Below, one piece after another: positions 61,214 through 64,000 of a DNA stretch of 64,000 bases (its first letter is position 1; each line of letters opens with the position of its first letter). The notes under the pieces were generated by a model, which saw nothing but the letters and a program-made list of their open reading frames with translations, ran no database searches and was not told the origin of the DNA. The translations under genes were made by a program, and so were the position numbers. This stretch comes from Candidatus Entotheonellaceae bacterium (lineage in GTDB: Bacteria; Tectomicrobia; Entotheonellia; Entotheonellales; Entotheonellaceae), in contig OZ250173.1 of NCBI GenBank assembly GCA_965238075.1, forward strand, positions 32,001 to 96,000, given 5' to 3'.

Positions 61214-61264
61214 GTCATGCCGGGTTTGACCCTGGACCAAGGCCGGGACAGGCTTCGCCATCCA
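61214..61264 (+). repeat. REP-like element interrupted by a second short unit
   Basis: gtcatgccgggtttgaccc + tggaccaaggccgggacaggcttc + gccatcca. Confidence 0.55.
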
Positions 61265-61363
61265 GCCCTGATCGGTATCACTGGAATCCGGCTGGCGCCG
61301 GGATGGCGGTTTGGGGGTAGTGGGGCAGGACATTTTCATGGTATGGGGTGATTCAGACTTTGC

Positions 61364-61606
61364 CTACGTTTCCCAGGCACTCCGGTAGTCGAGTTTGTCA
61401 TCGCTCAGGCAGATGAACAGTTCGCCTTTTGCGACGCTGCGGTCTTGGTTGCGGCAGCCGAAGCCGGCGGTGCAGCGGTCCTCGGCGTTCTTGTATGGGC
61501 AGCGCCAGGTTGACACCTCGCTGGCAGTGTTCGACATGTCCCGGAAGATCGCTTCCAGACGGGCCAGGCTCGCGCGGTACTGCGCTTTGTCTATCTGCTG
61601 TGTCAT
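61364..61606 (-). CDS. Small four-Cys hypothetical protein
   Basis: GGAG RBS; RCPYKNAEDRCTAGFGC...ICLSDD. Confidence 0.65.
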   Translation of the reverse strand: MTQQIDKAQYRASLARLEAIFRDMSNTASEVSTWRCPYKNAEDRCTAGFGCRNQDRSVAKGELFICLSDDKLDYRSAWET

Positions 61607-61628
61607 GGCGTTCTCCGACCGGGGCTGT

Positions 61629-62378
61629 CTATGAAGCTTCCGGCATGGCCCCTTCGGCGATGAATGCCTTGGCGAGATCGACGCACGCAATGGCGTTGCC
61701 GCCGTAGGCGTCGGCCCCCATGTCGTCGGCGAATTCCTGCGTCAGCGGCGCGCCGCCCAGCATGATTTTCACCGTGTCGCGGAGCCCTGCTTCCTCGAAA
61801 GCCTCGATCGTCTTGCCCATATTCGGCATGGTGGTGGTCAGCAACGCCGACATGCCGAGGATTTCGGCGCCGTGCTCCATGACGGCATCGATGAACTCAT
61901 CGGGTTTGGTGTCCACTCCCAGGTCGTGAACCACAAATCCGGAGCCGCGCAGCATCATGATGCAGAGATTCTTGCCGATGTCGTGCAGGTCACCCTTGAC
62001 CGTGCCCATGATGATCGTGCCCATCGGCTCGATGCCCGACGCCGACAGGATTGGCTCCAGATGGGTCATGCCGGCCTTCATGGCGCGCGCCGCCACCAGC
62101 ACCTCGGGCACAAAGATGATGTTGTCGCGGAATTTGATGCCCACGATGGCCATCCCGGCAATGAGGCCATCGTCCAGGATGGTGTTGGCTTGGAACCCAT
62201 CGTCCAGCGCCTGCTTGGTCAGCCGGTTTACCTCGTTGTGCTTACCGGTGATCAGGTTGTAGGCGATGTCGTGCATGATGGGGGCCGATTTCTCGAACAG
62301 GCTCTGGATGTGATTGATTTCTGCCGGCTTGGCGACGTGGGCGAATTCCTTCTCCAAGCCTTGGTTATGTATCTGCAT
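61629..62378 (-). CDS. Corrinoid (B12-binding) protein of a methyltransferase system
   Basis: FVPEV, GTVKGDLHDIGKNL, MSALLTTT, GGAP. Confidence 0.93.
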   Translation of the reverse strand: MQIHNQGLEKEFAHVAKPAEINHIQSLFEKSAPIMHDIAYNLITGKHNEVNRLTKQALDDGFQANTILDDGLIAGMAIVGIKFRDNIIFVPEVLVAARAMKAGMTHLEPILSASGIEPMGTIIMGTVKGDLHDIGKNLCIMMLRGSGFVVHDLGVDTKPDEFIDAVMEHGAEILGMSALLTTTMPNMGKTIEAFEEAGLRDTVKIMLGGAPLTQEFADDMGADAYGGNAIACVDLAKAFIAEGAMPEAS

Positions 62379-62473
62379 GCCTCATGCTCCTTGGCGCAAA
62401 TCCCACCTTGGGGTGTATAGGAACCGACGCGGCGATTGTATCAGGGGGAACGTTGGCGTTCTACCCGGCGTCC

Positions 62474-63511
62474 TCAGGCAGCGTGCTCATGCGTCCAATC
62501 CCGCACGGCCTTCGGGATCTCCAGCAGGTTTTCCAGCTTGGTGGCCAGGGGGATGGCGCACTCGGGGGCAATCAGGTTTACCCCGGCGTCCAGGCAGCGA
62601 TAGACCTCCTGGCGCACCTCCTCGGGTCCGCGGGCGTAAAGCGTTTCGGGATTGTTGATGTTGCCCACCAGGGCGATGCGGCCATCGACGATGTCCATCG
62701 CCTGCTGCGGGTCGTTCTTGGAATCGAAGTGAAAGGCCGCCATGCCGGTGCGGGCGATGTAGTCCATGCGATCCAGGGTGTTGCCGCAGATGTGCAGGAT
62801 CAGCGGTACTTTCAGGCGCTCGACCATTTCCTGGTGAAGCTCCAGCAGGAAGCGTTCGTAATACTCACCGCTTACCAAGTCGCCGGTGGCGTGATCGGGA
62901 AAGGTCAGCGCGTCGGCACCGGCTTCGATTTGCGCCTCCCCGAACAGCACCGATATTTCTTTCAACTTGTGCAGGCAGAGCATGGTCGCGTCCGGATCGT
63001 CAACGGTCATCAGCAAAAAATGCTCGACTCCAAACACGTGGTAGGCCAGCGTCCACGGCCCCATGGTCTTGCCGATGATGGCCACCTCGTCGCCGAATTC
63101 CTGCTTGAGCATGCGAAGTGATCCCGTGATGGCGACGTTGTCACGGTGGTTCAGAAATCCGGCGGGCACGCGAATGTCGTCCAGACCCTTCCAGACGGGA
63201 TTGCTCATGCGCACGGTGGGCCAGTTGTCCTTCTCCTCCCACTGCATCTCGCAACCAAGGGCCGACGACTCCTGGATGATGGTGAAATACGGCATGATGG
63301 AGTCGAAGCCCAGCTCCGTGTAACCGGTGGCCGCCAGGCGAGCCGCCAGTTCCGGGTCGCGGCACGCTTCGGGAAACGGCGCGTCCATCATGTCCATCAA
63401 CTCCACCGTCGCCACATTGGTGGGATTGGAAACCGGCGTGCGGTCAACGGGTTTACCGTTCAGGGCGTTCATCACCCGCTCACGGGGAGTCATGGTCTCT
63501 TGGAATGGCAT
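62474..63511 (-). CDS. MtaA/CmuA-family methyltransferase (UroD fold)
   Basis: TPRERV, GPWTLA, LHICG, GNI, APECAIP. Confidence 0.9.
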   Translation of the reverse strand: MPFQETMTPRERVMNALNGKPVDRTPVSNPTNVATVELMDMMDAPFPEACRDPELAARLAATGYTELGFDSIMPYFTIIQESSALGCEMQWEEKDNWPTVRMSNPVWKGLDDIRVPAGFLNHRDNVAITGSLRMLKQEFGDEVAIIGKTMGPWTLAYHVFGVEHFLLMTVDDPDATMLCLHKLKEISVLFGEAQIEAGADALTFPDHATGDLVSGEYYERFLLELHQEMVERLKVPLILHICGNTLDRMDYIARTGMAAFHFDSKNDPQQAMDIVDGRIALVGNINNPETLYARGPEEVRQEVYRCLDAGVNLIAPECAIPLATKLENLLEIPKAVRDWTHEHAA

Positions 63512-63556
63512 GTCGGCGCCTCCTCTGGGCAGGGAATCGAGTGCGGGAAAAAGTAA

Positions 63557-64000
63557 CTACGTGGCCGAAAAGCCAAGAGTTCCGGTGGTCATCTGGCCGC
63601 GCAGGGCCTCGGCGGCCATCATGCCCTCAACGCTGGATATGTTACGGGAATACGGCAACAGCAACCGGGCCAACTCGTCGTGGCGTGCGCCGCAGGGGAA
63701 CATGACCTGCGTGTCGCTGACCTTGTTCATCCCGCCGTAGCGCATGAAACCGGCGACCACCATGCGCAGCCGCACCATCGGGTTCGGCGCCTCGCCCTCA
63801 CCGGAAACCCCGTACAGCCACTTGCCGTCCTGCTCCTCACCGGCAATCTTGAGCAGCAGCGGCGATTTCGAGTCCTTGATCGACATCTCGCCCTGCGGCG
63901 GCGCGAAATCCGGCGCCTTGCCAACCGCCTGGTTGAGCAAGAACCTGACCGGCCTGATGTGCAACTGGCCGCATGACGGTATGGCCTGGTTGTAGGTGCT
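63557..64000 (-). CDS. Hypothetical protein (5' end outside the window)
   Basis: Frame is open to the window edge and co-directional with the methyltransferase cluster. Confidence 0.55.
   Translation of the reverse strand, partial: STYNQAIPSCGQLHIRPVRFLLNQAVGKAPDFAPPQGEMSIKDSKSPLLLKIAGEEQDGKWLYGVSGEGEAPNPMVRLRMVVAGFMRYGGMNKVSDTQVMFPCGARHDELARLLLPYSRNISSVEGMMAAEALRGQMTTGTLGFSAT

Noticed and set aside
1-64000. CRISPR array, tRNA/rRNA, transposase or integrase
   Set aside because: No regularly spaced repeat-spacer units, structural RNA signatures or recombinase motifs were seen.

Overview
GC-rich bacterial chromosomal window with about 60 coding regions. I saw no rRNA, tRNA, CRISPR array or transposase. 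The gene mix (LLM oxidoreductases, halogenase, xoxF-like gene, nirK, corrinoid methyltransferases) resembles Tectomicrobia/Entotheonella-type genomes, but taxonomy cannot be proven from this window. The core (about 19.8-52.1 kb) is a large PQQ/lanthanide alcohol-oxidation region. It holds a XoxF-like dehydrogenase with the Ln-type D-x-D motif plus XoxJ/XoxG-like partners, a second divergent PQQ dehydrogenase, pqqBCDE, Lut/Ped-like ABC components, DUF58/VWA chaperone genes, nirK, and two tandem genes whose catalytic Cys codon is an in-frame TGA (probable selenoproteins). The strongest novelty candidate is a Zn/Mn-type ABC importer (29811-33688). Its permease is fused, through an internal signal-peptide-like segment, to an outer-membrane porin-like domain. 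Several His positions I recall as conserved in this family appear as Asp/Glu, which suggests a transporter repurposed for lanthanide (hard-cation) uptake. The flanks carry an OmpR-type two-component system plus DegP with a phased operator array, decayed toxin-antitoxin genes, a P450 (frameshifted)-LLM-halogenase cluster, an AT-richer ABC-ATPase+PIN pair (defence candidate) and a corrinoid methyltransferase cluster running off the right edge. All calls are by motif recognition only; no database searches were run.
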